Positions 1 through 9,074 are shown, counted from the stretch's first letter. The stretch is DNA of 64,000 bases from Vicinamibacterales bacterium (GCA_046331345.1 JAXLRA010000006.1:623614-687613); one strand, 5' to 3'. Notes: a model not told the origin generated them from the sequence alone. A program made the numbers and translations.

Positions 1-163
1 CGCCCGCGTCGGTGCGCCCGGCGCCACTGACTACGACCGGTGCGCCTTCGAGCACCGCGAAGGCCGCCTCGAGCAGCCCCTGGACCGAGACGCCTGAAGC
101 CTGACGCTGCCATCCGACGAGCCCGGTGCCGTCGTAGGCGATCGTCAGCTTCAGGTGCCGCAC
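1..163 (-). CDS. truA: tRNA pseudouridine synthase TruA, N-terminal fragment (gene runs off the window start)
   Basis: Manual minus-strand translation from GTG at 163 gives VRHLKLTIAYDGTGLVGWQRQASGVSVQGLLEAAFAVLEGAPVVVSGAGRTDAGV. This is the typical TruA N-terminus with the GRTDAGVH catalytic-Asp motif. It is absent from the ORF track because it is truncated. Confidence 0.8.
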   Translation of the reverse strand, partial: MRHLKLTIAYDGTGLVGWQRQASGVSVQGLLEAAFAVLEGAPVVVSGAGRTDAG

Positions 164-164
164 G

Positions 165-746
165 TCAGGCACCCACGGGACGGGAGCCGGGCTTCACGAC
201 CGGAAGCCCCTGCGCGCAGAGCGGGCACGCATCGGGCTGGTAGGTCGGCAGGTCGACCGCCAGCAGCGCCTCGAACGGCACGTCGAAGGCGGCCTTGCCG
301 CCGCTCCGATCCACGATGGACGCGGCCCCCACCACGTGTCCGCCGGCCGCCGTCGCGACCTGCATCGTTTCCCGCGTGGAGCCGCCCGTGGTGCACACGT
401 CTTCCACGACGAGCACGCGGTCGGACTCGGACAGGACGAACCCGCGGCGCAGCGTCAGCACGCCGTCCTGCCGCTCCGCGAACAGGGCACGGACCCCGAG
501 GGCCCGGCCCACTTCGTGGCCGATGACCACCCCGCCGAGGGCCGGGGAGAGCACGACCGTGGCGCGCAGGTCGCGCACCCGCTCGGCGATCGCCCGCCCG
601 AGGTGCTCGGCCGATGCCGGGTGCTGGAGGACGAGGGCGCACTGCAGGTAACCGGTGCTGTGCAGTCCGGAACTCAGGCGGAAGTGTCCTTCGAGCAGGG
701 CGCCTGATTTCCGGAACAGATCGAGGAGTTCGTCTCGTGTGGCCAT
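165..746 (-). CDS. pyrE: orotate phosphoribosyltransferase
   Basis: ORF 165..848, start trimmed to ATG 746 (MATRDELLDLFRKSGALLEGHFRLSSGLHS). It has the PRPP-binding motif VLVVEDVCTTGGS and a C-terminal CPLC...KPGSR tail. Confidence 0.9.
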   Translation of the reverse strand: MATRDELLDLFRKSGALLEGHFRLSSGLHSTGYLQCALVLQHPASAEHLGRAIAERVRDLRATVVLSPALGGVVIGHEVGRALGVRALFAERQDGVLTLRRGFVLSESDRVLVVEDVCTTGGSTRETMQVATAAGGHVVGAASIVDRSGGKAAFDVPFEALLAVDLPTYQPDACPLCAQGLPVVKPGSRPVGA

Positions 747-846
747 GGGACTCGCTAGTATACAATCCGGGTTCGCTGAACCGATCGCCCCCGCCTTGCG
801 TCTACTAGTCGAGAACCCGATGTCTCGCCTGTTGGAGCTTCCGTCC

Positions 847-2433
847 ATGCGTCAATCGAAGAAGTGCGCCACCCTGGTGCTGGCCGCGGCCCTCGTCGCC
901 GGCCAGGTCCTTCCAGCCGCCGCCCAGGGGCAGGCCCAGCCCGTTCGCAAGCTCTCGGTCGACGAGGCCGTGAAGCTGGCGCTCGAGCAGAATCTCGGCA
1001 TCCAGATCGAGCGGATCAATCCGCAGATCGAGGACGTGGCCATCGCCCAGGCCCGCAGCTACTGGGTGCCCACGCTCTCCAGCACGCTGCAGAACAACTC
1101 GACGAACACCCCGTCGAGCAGCTTCCTGTCCGGCGGCGCCTCGAAGATCACGGACTCCCGATTCTCCACGCAGTTCGGCGTGAGCCAGCAGCTGCCCACC
1201 GGCGCGAACTACCAGTTCGCCTGGAACAGCGCCAGGGCGACCTCCACCAACCTGTTCACCAACTTCGACCCGCTGCTCAGCTCGAACGTGGCGTTCAGCA
1301 TCTCGCAGCCGCTGCTGCGCGGCCGCACCATCGACTCCTACCGGCAGCAGCTGCAGACCACCCGCAAGGATCGGGAAGCGGCTGACGTCTCGCTGCGCTC
1401 CACCATCGCGACCACAACGCGCAACGTGAAGAACGCCTACTGGGATCTCGCCTATGCACGCGAGAACCTCGGCGCCCAGCAGAAGTCGCTTGATCTCGCC
1501 AAGCGCGCACTGGCCGACAACGAGAAGCGGGTCCAGATCGGCACCATGGCCCCCATCGACATCGTCGAGGCTCAGAGCGAGGTCGCACGGAACGAGGAGG
1601 CGGTCATCGTCGCCGAGGCGGCGATCAAGCAGGCCGAGGACCGGCTGCGTGCGCTGATCCTGAATCCGTCGGCGCCCGACTTCTGGACCACGACCATCGA
1701 GCCGAGCGAGACGATGCCCTTTGCCCCGGTCAGCGTCGACGTGGACGGCGCGATCCGCAAGGCCATCAGCAGCCGCACCGACGTGCAGCTGGCCAAGAAC
1801 AGCCTCGAGAAAAGCGACATCAACCTGAAGTACTTCCGCTCGCAGATCCTGCCGGAGATCAACGCGAACCTGTCCTATCAGTCGAACGCGGTGGGCGGCT
1901 CGCAGCTGACGCCGGTGAACCTGACCGGCACCAACTCGGCGCGGTCGGTCATCGCACAGCGGGGCTACGGCTCGGTGCTGGGTGATGTGCTCACCAGCGC
2001 CTACCCCACCTGGACGTTCGGGGTCACGGTGGCCTATCCGCTCGGCGGCAACACGCAGGAAACCAACCTCGCCCGCGCCAAGCTGCAGTACTCGCAGGCG
2101 GAAACGCAGGTGAAGAACCTCGAGATGCAGATCGGCACGCAGGTCCGCGATGCTGCCCGCCAGGTGCAGACCAACGCCAAGCGCGTCGAGAGCGCCCGCG
2201 TCGCGCGCGATCTCGCCGAGCAGAAGCTGGCCGCCGAGGAGAAGAAGTTCGCCGCGGGCATCCAGATCAGCTTCTTCGTGTTCCAGGCGCAGCGCGACCT
2301 CGCGCAGGCCCGCACCAACGAGATCAAGGCGATTGCCGACTACAACAAGTCGGTGGTCGATTACGAAGCGGTCCAGGACACCTCACTGACCGGCAACGCC
2401 CAGATCACGTCGGCGGCGCAGGGCACACGGTAA
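847..2433 (+). CDS. TolC-family outer-membrane efflux protein
   Basis: ORF 655..2433. A signal peptide (MRQSKKCATLVLAAALVAGQVLPAAAQ) follows ATG 847; ATG 820 is also possible. The protein has long coiled-coil-rich OEP-like repeats. Confidence 0.85.
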   Translation: MRQSKKCATLVLAAALVAGQVLPAAAQGQAQPVRKLSVDEAVKLALEQNLGIQIERINPQIEDVAIAQARSYWVPTLSSTLQNNSTNTPSSSFLSGGASKITDSRFSTQFGVSQQLPTGANYQFAWNSARATSTNLFTNFDPLLSSNVAFSISQPLLRGRTIDSYRQQLQTTRKDREAADVSLRSTIATTTRNVKNAYWDLAYARENLGAQQKSLDLAKRALADNEKRVQIGTMAPIDIVEAQSEVARNEEAVIVAEAAIKQAEDRLRALILNPSAPDFWTTTIEPSETMPFAPVSVDVDGAIRKAISSRTDVQLAKNSLEKSDINLKYFRSQILPEINANLSYQSNAVGGSQLTPVNLTGTNSARSVIAQRGYGSVLGDVLTSAYPTWTFGVTVAYPLGGNTQETNLARAKLQYSQAETQVKNLEMQIGTQVRDAARQVQTNAKRVESARVARDLAEQKLAAEEKKFAAGIQISFFVFQAQRDLAQARTNEIKAIADYNKSVVDYEAVQDTSLTGNAQITSAAQGTR

Positions 2434-2439
2434 GCGCCT

Positions 2440-2636
2440 CTGAATTGCAGAATTCAGATTTCAGATTGCAGATTGGAATTCGGCACGTTGAGCGGTGGCC
2501 CCACCGGCACCGTGAACGAATTCCAAAATCCAATCTGCAATCTGAATTCTGCAATCTGCAATTCCCCAACCTCCAACCTCTGACCTCCGATCTCCCCGGT
2601 TCTGACTTCTAAGTTCTCCGTTCGAACTTCGGATAC
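2440..2636. repeat. heptad-phased AT-rich repeat element with inverted CAGATTN arms plus an in-phase extension
   Basis: Left arm 2441-2482 reads tgaattg cagaatt cagattt cagattg cagattg. Right arm 2518-2564 is its approximate reverse complement. Positions 2518-2636 parse into 17 consecutive 7-nt units in a single phase. Confidence 0.85.
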
Positions 2637-2645
2637 GATTTCGTC

Positions 2646-3428
2646 GTGCCGAAACTCTCGGTCACCATCATCACCAAGGACGAAGAGTCCGACATCGCCG
2701 GCGCGATCGAGTCCGTGGCATGGGCCGACGAGGTCGTGGTCGTCGATTCCCAGAGCAGCGATCGGACCGTTGAGATTGCGCGCGGCGCCTCGGCGCCGGT
2801 CGTGGTGATCGTGAAGGAGTGGCAGGGCTACATCGAGCAGAAGAACTTCGCGGCCGGACAGGCCTCGCACGACTGGATTCTCTCGCTCGACGCCGACGAA
2901 CGGGTCACGCCCGCGCTGGCCGAGCAGATCCGCCTCGTGCTGCAGGCGCCGGGGCACACGGCGTACGAGATGCCCCGCCTGACCTGGCACCTCGGTCAGT
3001 GGATCCGGGGCACGGACTGGTATCCCGACTACCAGACGCGGCTGTACAACCGGCGCAAGGCCCGCTGGACCGGACGCTACGTGCACGAGGCGGTGGCGGT
3101 GGACGGCACCCGCGGGCGGCTCACCGGAGAGCTGCAGCACTTCGCCTACCGCGACATTTCGGACCATCTCGAGACGATCGACCGCTACACCGCCCACGCG
3201 GCGCGGCAGATGTTCGAGTCGGGCCGCCGCGCCTCGCTCTTCGACCTCCTGCTCCACGGACCGCTGGCGTTCCTCAGGAACTACATTGCCAGGGGCGGCT
3301 TCCGGCTCGGACGCGTCGGCCTCATCGTCTCGACGATGAACGGGTATTACGTGTTCCTGAAGTTCGCGAAGCTGTGGGCGCTGCAGACCGCGCCCGAAGC
3401 GCGCCCCCGTGACGGGGCCGGCTCGTGA
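2646..3428 (+). CDS. family 2 glycosyltransferase
   Basis: GTG start. The N-terminus LSVTIITKDEESDIAGAIESVAWADEVVVVDSQSSDRT and a later LSLDADE motif are typical of the GT-A/GT2 fold. Confidence 0.85.
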   Translation: MPKLSVTIITKDEESDIAGAIESVAWADEVVVVDSQSSDRTVEIARGASAPVVVIVKEWQGYIEQKNFAAGQASHDWILSLDADERVTPALAEQIRLVLQAPGHTAYEMPRLTWHLGQWIRGTDWYPDYQTRLYNRRKARWTGRYVHEAVAVDGTRGRLTGELQHFAYRDISDHLETIDRYTAHAARQMFESGRRASLFDLLLHGPLAFLRNYIARGGFRLGRVGLIVSTMNGYYVFLKFAKLWALQTAPEARPRDGAGS

Positions 3429-3443
3429 CCGGGCGCTGACACC

Positions 3444-4577
3444 GTGTTCTCGCTGCACATCGACACCGCCCGCAGCTGGCGCGGCGGGCAGAACCAGGTG
3501 CTCCTGACCGTCAACGGCCTGCGGGCCGCCGGCCAGCGGGCGGCGCTGGTGGCCCATCCCGACGGCGAGCTGCTCAAGCGCGCCCAGGAGGGGCTCGACC
3601 TGATCCCCATCGCGGTGCGCACCGAGGCGGACCTGGCCGCGGGCTGGCGCCTCGCACGGGTGCTCGCCCGCCTGAAGCCGGATGTCATCCAGGCGCACGA
3701 CCCCCACGGCGTGGCGCTGGCGAGCACGGCACTCTCGCTGGGCGCCGCGTCACGGTGGCGGGCCGGGCAGCGGGCGCCGGCGCTCATCGCCACCAGGCGG
3801 GTCGACTTCCACCTGAAGGCGAACGCCTTCTCGCGCTGGAAGTACCGGCAGGTGGACTGCTTCATCGCGGCATCCGAGGCCATTCGCCAGATGCTCATCG
3901 GCGACGGCATCGCGCCCGAGCGGGTGGTCACCGTGCACGAAGGGGTCGACGTGGACCGCATCGACGCCGAGCCGCGCGTCAACGTCCACGAAGCGCTGTG
4001 GCTGCCGCACCAGGCGCCGCTCATCGGGAACGTCGCGGCCCTCGTCGCGCACAAGGGGCAGCGCTATTTCATCGAAGCGGCGCACCTGGTCGTGCAGAAG
4101 ATCCCCGACGCACGGTTCGTCATCCTCGGCGAAGGCGAGCTGCGCGAGCACCTCGAGCACCTGGTGCGCGAGTTCCACCTGGAGAAGCACGTCCTGCTGC
4201 CCGGCTTCCGCACGGACGTCATCGGCTGCATCAAGGGAGTCGACCTGTTCGTGATGAGTTCGATCACCGAAGGGCTTGGCACGTCGAGCCTCGACGCGAT
4301 GGCCTGCCGCAAGGCCGTGATCGGCACGAGCGCCGGTGGCATCCCCGAGGTTGTGGCCGATGGCAGGACCGGGATCATCGTGCCGCCCCGCGACGCGCAG
4401 GCGCTCGCGGACGCCATCATCAAGCTGGTGCGCGACGAGGCGCTGCGGGCGCGCATGGAAGACGCGGCCTACACCCGCGTGCGCGAGCGCTTCACGGTGG
4501 AGCGGATGGTCGCCGAAACGTCAGCGGTCTACGCCCGCCTTGCGGGCCGGCCGCACGTCGCGGACCTGCAGCGCTGA
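3444..4577 (+). CDS. family 4 (GT-B) glycosyltransferase
   Basis: 377 aa. The C-terminal half has the GT1/GT4 signature (FVMSSITEGLGTSSLDAMACRKAVIGTSAGGIPEVV). Confidence 0.85.
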   Translation: MFSLHIDTARSWRGGQNQVLLTVNGLRAAGQRAALVAHPDGELLKRAQEGLDLIPIAVRTEADLAAGWRLARVLARLKPDVIQAHDPHGVALASTALSLGAASRWRAGQRAPALIATRRVDFHLKANAFSRWKYRQVDCFIAASEAIRQMLIGDGIAPERVVTVHEGVDVDRIDAEPRVNVHEALWLPHQAPLIGNVAALVAHKGQRYFIEAAHLVVQKIPDARFVILGEGELREHLEHLVREFHLEKHVLLPGFRTDVIGCIKGVDLFVMSSITEGLGTSSLDAMACRKAVIGTSAGGIPEVVADGRTGIIVPPRDAQALADAIIKLVRDEALRARMEDAAYTRVRERFTVERMVAETSAVYARLAGRPHVADLQR

Positions 4578-4589
4578 TGCGCAGCGCGG

Positions 4590-4835
4590 AGGTCCGGCTG
4601 AAGCCGGACCCCACGAATGGGACGCTTGCTGCTGAACGAGGCATGAGCGGCTCCCAGATGCGGCTGAAGCCGGACGCCACCATCGGAAGCTTGCCGCGGA
4701 AGCCGGACCCCACGAATGGGACGCTTGCTGCGGAAGCCGGCTCCTACCAATGGGAACCTGGTTGCTGAAGCCGGAGCCCACGACGGCTAGCTTGCGGCTG
4801 AAGCCGGACCTCACCATGGGAAGTCTGCTGCCGGG
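4590..4835. repeat. tandem array of about 7 GC-rich units with a 33-34 nt period (core GAAGCCGGACCCCAC)
   Basis: The core GAAGCCGG starts at 4600, 4666, 4699, 4733, 4767 and 4800, giving spacings of 66, 33, 34, 34 and 33 nt. The first unit contains a perfect hairpin, GGTCCGGC-TGAA-GCCGGACC. Confidence 0.85.
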
Positions 4836-4846
4836 AGCACTCGTGG

Positions 4847-4866
4847 GGTCCACCTTCAGGTGGACC
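4847..4866. terminator. perfect 8-bp hairpin between convergent genes (candidate bidirectional terminator or REP)
   Basis: GGTCCACC-TTCA-GGTGGACC lies between the GT4 stop (4577) and the response-regulator stop (4874). There is no obvious U-tract. Confidence 0.5.
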
Positions 4867-4873
4867 TGGCCCG

Positions 4874-5554
4874 CTAGTCGTCGCGCAGCCAGCCCTGGAG
4901 CAGCCCGTACTGCACGACGTCGATGCGGCTGCGGAACCCCAGCTTCTTCATCGCGTTCCCCTTGTGCACCTCGACCGTCTTCACGCTGATGCCGAGTTCC
5001 GCGGCGATTTCCTTGTTGCTGTGCCCCTGGGCCACGAGCCGCAGCACCTGGTTCTCGCGGTCGCTGACCTGCGGGGTAGCCGATGGCCCGCGTGAGGGTG
5101 TGCGTCGGATGACGTTCGCCATCCTCGCGCCGAGCGCGTTGTCCACGTAGTCGCGCCCTGAGGCCGCAGCCCGCACTGCGGCCAGCAACTCCGACGAGGG
5201 GCTCCGCTTCAGCACGTATGCCGACGCACCCGCACTCAGCAGCTCGCGCACGTAGCCGTCGTCGTCGTGCCTGGTGAGGACGACCACCGAGGCGTCGAGA
5301 CCGGCCTGTTTCAGCTCGCGTGTGGCCACGAGCCCGTTGACGTCGGGCATCGACACGTCCATCACCACGACGCGCGGCTTGAGGGTTCGCACCCGCTCGA
5401 GGACCTCGCGCCCGCTCGGCACCACGCCGACGACATGCATGTCCGGCTGGCTGTCGATGAGCAGCGTCAATCCTTCTCGCACGGTCTCGTGATCTTCGGC
5501 GAGCAGGACATCGATACGCGGGACAGGCGACGAATCGGCGACGTCGGCAAACAT
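4874..5554 (-). CDS. NarL/FixJ-type response regulator (REC plus LuxR-type HTH)
   Basis: ORF 4874..5956 trimmed to ATG 5554 (MFADVADSSPVPRIDVLLAEDHETVREGL), which has a GGAG Shine-Dalgarno upstream. The C-terminus reads SDRENQVLRLVAQGHSNKEIAAELGISVKTVEVHK. Confidence 0.9.
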   Translation of the reverse strand: MFADVADSSPVPRIDVLLAEDHETVREGLTLLIDSQPDMHVVGVVPSGREVLERVRTLKPRVVVMDVSMPDVNGLVATRELKQAGLDASVVVLTRHDDDGYVRELLSAGASAYVLKRSPSSELLAAVRAAASGRDYVDNALGARMANVIRRTPSRGPSATPQVSDRENQVLRLVAQGHSNKEIAAELGISVKTVEVHKGNAMKKLGFRSRIDVVQYGLLQGWLRDD

Positions 5555-5610
5555 GGGCGCTCCTCGTGAGGAGTGAAGATTAACGCAGGAGCCCCGAAAA
5601 CGGTCAGCGA

Positions 5611-6525
5611 CTATCCGCGGCCAGCCTTCGCCGGCCGGCAGACGCCCTTGAGCGGGCACTGCGCGCTCCCGCGGGGCGTCCCGGATCCACAGGCGTTCAT
5701 CATGCCCAGATGGCAAACCGAGAAGTCGTACTTGATGGGATCCTCGGGATCCAGCGCACGGAGCGACCGGGTGATGTCCAGCGCCATGGGCCAGCCCGGA
5801 CTGGTGTAGCGGGTCAGCCGCAGGCAGCGCCCGACCCTGATGATGTGCGTATCGAGCGGCACGACCAGCCGTGACGGCGAGACGCGGCTCCAGATGCCCA
5901 GGTCGAGCGCGTCGCGGCGCACCATCCAGCGCATGAAGAGATTGAGGCGCTTGCACGCACTCCCGCCGGACGGACGCGGAAAGAAGTACCCGACGCCGGG
6001 CCTCGCAGGCACGCGCCCGTAGGCGGCCCGCAGATCGAGCGCCATGGCTCGCGCGGAGAAGCTGTCCAGCGCGTCACGGACATCCTCGCCGCCCGTGTCG
6101 CCTTCGAGGAAGAAGCCCTCGATCGAGCCGGATCGGTCCAGCATCTGGCGCAGCACCCAGAGGAGCGCGATCACGTCCACGCCGCGCGTCCAGCGGTGCA
6201 CGAAGTCGCGCAGCGGCCCGCCGTCGCGCGCGGGCTCGAACCGCCGGACGAACGCCGCCGGCCCGTCCCCCATCACGTCGGCGACCCGCCCGATCGACTG
6301 CATGACGCTGGTGACCCGGCCGAAGGCGAGTCCGGCCGCACAGAACGCCATCACCTCCTGATCGTCTGGCCGCGCATAGCGCCGCACGATCTGGATGGGG
6401 TCCGTCGCCGAGTCAGCCATGTTGAAGCTGTCGTACAACGCGTCCAGCGTTGGCTTCAGCACATCGGGTGTGCCCCTGCCGCTCCGTCGCACTTCCGTCT
6501 TTCGACCAGCCAATCCGCGATCCAA
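5611..6525 (-). CDS. TIGR02757 (DUF2400) family protein
   Basis: The motifs LNLFMRWMVRRDALDLGIW, VPLDTHIIRVG and DPIKYDFSVCHLG match my recollection of this family. The start is uncertain: TTG 6525, TTG 6513 or GTG 6492. Confidence 0.75.
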   Translation of the reverse strand: MDRGLAGRKTEVRRSGRGTPDVLKPTLDALYDSFNMADSATDPIQIVRRYARPDDQEVMAFCAAGLAFGRVTSVMQSIGRVADVMGDGPAAFVRRFEPARDGGPLRDFVHRWTRGVDVIALLWVLRQMLDRSGSIEGFFLEGDTGGEDVRDALDSFSARAMALDLRAAYGRVPARPGVGYFFPRPSGGSACKRLNLFMRWMVRRDALDLGIWSRVSPSRLVVPLDTHIIRVGRCLRLTRYTSPGWPMALDITRSLRALDPEDPIKYDFSVCHLGMMNACGSGTPRGSAQCPLKGVCRPAKAGRG

Positions 6526-6559
6526 TCTGAAATCAGCAATCTGAAATCTGCAATTCAGG
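6511..6559. repeat. heptad repeat tract (AATCTGA/AATCTGC type)
   Basis: caatccg cgatcca atctgaa atcagca atctgaa atctgca attcagg lies in the divergent region between the TIGR02757 gene and the acylase gene. Confidence 0.75.
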
Positions 6560-6581
6560 TCTGTGCCACTATGATTTTCGC

Positions 6582-9071
6582 ATGCGCCGCATCCTGGTCC
6601 GGCTCGTCCTGGCAGTCCTGCTGATCGTCCTGCTCGTCGCAGGCGGCGGCTACCTGTACCTGCGTCAGTCGCTGCCCGACTATGACACCGATGTCACTGT
6701 CAGCGGACTCACGCGCGACGTCGACATCGTGCGCGACGAGAATGCCGTGCCGCACATCTTTGCCTCGACGCGGCGTGATGGCCTGTTCGGCCTCGGTTAC
6801 GCGCATGCGCAGGATCGGCTCTGGCAGCTCGAGTTCCAGCGTCGCATCGGGCACGGCCGGCTCTCCGAGGTCTTTGGAACGGCAACCGTGGCGCAGGATC
6901 GGTTCCTTCGCACGGTGGGCTTCGGGCGCGCCGCGCAGCGTGCGTGGGACCGGCTCCCGCGGGAAACACAGGTCGACATCAACGCCTATGTCGCCGGCGT
7001 CAACGCATTCATCAACACCCATCACGGCCGGGCGCTGCCGCCCGAGTTCACCGTGCTCCGCTTCGAGCCCGAGCCGTTCACGGGCGTCGACGTGCTCGTG
7101 TGGGTGAAGATGATGGCCTGGGATCTCAGTGCGAACTACTCATCGGAGCTCGTGCGCCGCGATCTGCTTGCGAAGGTCGGCCCGGAGCGCCTGAACCAGC
7201 TGCTCCCGCCGTACCCGGTGGACGGCCTGAGCATCCTGAACGATCAGCCCAGCGTGCCGCCAGTGACCACCTCCCCGGTTCCACCGGCTCCGGGCATCAC
7301 CACCTCGTCGTCGGCCTGGCCGCTCTTCGAGCAGGGGCTGCGGAACGGCCATCCCCTGGTCGCCGACGCGCTGCTCGCCGGGGCGACGCGTGAGGCCATC
7401 GGTTCGAACAACTGGGTGGTGGACGGGACGCTGACCGCCACTGGTGCCCCGCTCCTCGCCAACGACCCGCACCTCGCGGCCAAGATCCCGTCCATCTGGT
7501 ATCTCGCGCATGTGTCGGCCGGCGACTTCGACATCATCGGCGCGACGCTGCCGGGCACTCCAGCGGTCGCACTCGGCCGCTCCAAGTACATGGCGTGGGG
7601 CGCCACCAATGTGGGCGCCGATGTCCAGGACCTCTACCGGGAGCGGCTCGACCCGACCGGGCGGCTGGCGGAATTCCGCGGGCAAATGGAGCCCATGACC
7701 ATCATCCCGGAAACCATCACCGTGAAAGGTGCGGCGCCCGTCGTGATGGACGTACGCATCACGCGGCACGGCCCCCTGGTGTCGGACGCCATCAACGCGA
7801 ACAACGCGGCGTCCAGGAACCCGCCACCGGGACCACCGCTCGAGCCGCTCGCCTTCCGCTGGACGGCACTGGACGACGAGGACCTGACGATAGCGGCCTA
7901 CATGCGCATGAACGAGGCGCGCAGCTGGGACGACGTCACGGAGGCCCTGAAGGATTACGTGGTCCCGTCGCAGAACTTCGTCTTCGCCACGACGGACGGG
8001 CACATCGGCTACTACGCGCCCGGTCGCATCCCGCTGCGCGCCTCGGGCGACGGGCTCCAGCCGGCGGACGGCTGGACGGGAGAGGCGGAGTGGACCGGAT
8101 TCGTCCCGTTCGATCGGCTGCCGCACGCCTACGATCCCCCCTCGCACATGATCGTCACGGCCAACAACCGCCCCTCGGGTGCGGCTGATGCGCCGATGCT
8201 CGGACTCGAGTACCCGAATCCCTACCGCGCCCAGCGCATCACCGACCTGCTGCGTGAGCTCACGGCAGCGAAGAAGCTCACACCGGACGACTTCGCCCGC
8301 ATCCAGGGCGATACGGTGTCCCTGCATGCGCGGAACCTGCTGCCGCGCCTCCTCGCGCACGTGCAGCCCACGACGGCGCTCGATCGCCAGGCGGTCGACA
8401 TGCTGCGGGCCTGGGACGACAACGCCTCTGGTGCATCGGCGGCCGCCGCGCTCTTCGAGGCCTGGTTCCTGCGCCTGGCGCCGTCGCTCGTGGGCGACGA
8501 ACTCGGCACCTCGACCACGGCGTACGAGAGCCGCTTCTCCGGCATCACGCGCTTCGTCGAGGCGAGCCTCGACGGCAACCCGGCCTGGTGCGACAACGTG
8601 ACGACGGGCATGCGCGAGACCTGCGACCAGGTGGTGACCACGGCACTGCACGCGGCCGTGGAGCAGCTGGCGGAGCGATTGGGACGCGAGCCCGAGCGCT
8701 GGCGGTGGGACGCCGTCCACACCGCGGTCTTTCCACACCAGGGGCTCGACGCAGTCGGTGCGCTGCGCCCGTTCCTGAGCCGGCGTCTGCCGTACCCAGG
8801 CGACTGGAGCACGGTGAACGTGGGGCCGGTCGCGGCCGACACGCCGTTCGAGCAGCGCTCGATCCCGAGCTACCGCGGGATCTTCGACCTCTCTCCCGCG
8901 CACGACGACCGCTACATCGAACCGGTCGGCGCGTCAGGCCACTTCCTGTCGCCGCACTACGACGACTTCATGCAGGACTGGAGTCAGGTGCGCTACCGCA
9001 AGGTGCGCATGGACAGGCTGGACATCGAGAAGAGCGCGCTCGGACGCATGCGATTACGAGCGTCCCGATGA
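6582..9071 (+). CDS. penicillin acylase family Ntn-hydrolase (possible acyl-homoserine-lactone or beta-lactam acylase)
   Basis: 829 aa with an N-terminal membrane/signal segment. It has VPHIFA...GLGYAHAQDRLWQLEF and the beta-subunit nucleophile context GSNNWVV. Confidence 0.9.
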   Translation: MRRILVRLVLAVLLIVLLVAGGGYLYLRQSLPDYDTDVTVSGLTRDVDIVRDENAVPHIFASTRRDGLFGLGYAHAQDRLWQLEFQRRIGHGRLSEVFGTATVAQDRFLRTVGFGRAAQRAWDRLPRETQVDINAYVAGVNAFINTHHGRALPPEFTVLRFEPEPFTGVDVLVWVKMMAWDLSANYSSELVRRDLLAKVGPERLNQLLPPYPVDGLSILNDQPSVPPVTTSPVPPAPGITTSSSAWPLFEQGLRNGHPLVADALLAGATREAIGSNNWVVDGTLTATGAPLLANDPHLAAKIPSIWYLAHVSAGDFDIIGATLPGTPAVALGRSKYMAWGATNVGADVQDLYRERLDPTGRLAEFRGQMEPMTIIPETITVKGAAPVVMDVRITRHGPLVSDAINANNAASRNPPPGPPLEPLAFRWTALDDEDLTIAAYMRMNEARSWDDVTEALKDYVVPSQNFVFATTDGHIGYYAPGRIPLRASGDGLQPADGWTGEAEWTGFVPFDRLPHAYDPPSHMIVTANNRPSGAADAPMLGLEYPNPYRAQRITDLLRELTAAKKLTPDDFARIQGDTVSLHARNLLPRLLAHVQPTTALDRQAVDMLRAWDDNASGASAAAALFEAWFLRLAPSLVGDELGTSTTAYESRFSGITRFVEASLDGNPAWCDNVTTGMRETCDQVVTTALHAAVEQLAERLGREPERWRWDAVHTAVFPHQGLDAVGALRPFLSRRLPYPGDWSTVNVGPVAADTPFEQRSIPSYRGIFDLSPAHDDRYIEPVGASGHFLSPHYDDFMQDWSQVRYRKVRMDRLDIEKSALGRMRLRASR

Positions 9072-9074
9072 CGC

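Noticed and set aside
2454-3707. Long antisense or alternative-frame ORFs in the track. Examples: 2454..3707(-), 7140..8903(-), 13814..15640(-), 17877..19382(+), 31994..33751(-), 41057..42982(+), 43890..44876(-), 52171..54441(+), 54534..56306(-).
   Set aside because: They lie opposite or out of frame to genes with clear family motifs, and they have Arg/Ala/Gly/Pro-rich low-complexity composition. This is typical of stop-codon-poor frames in high-GC DNA, and no family signatures were recognised.
4590-4835. Possible CRISPR array, given regularly spaced ~33-nt units in an intergenic region
   Set aside because: The whole 33-34-nt period is the repeat itself. There are no unique spacers between repeats, the units are degenerate copies of one another, and no cas genes are nearby.
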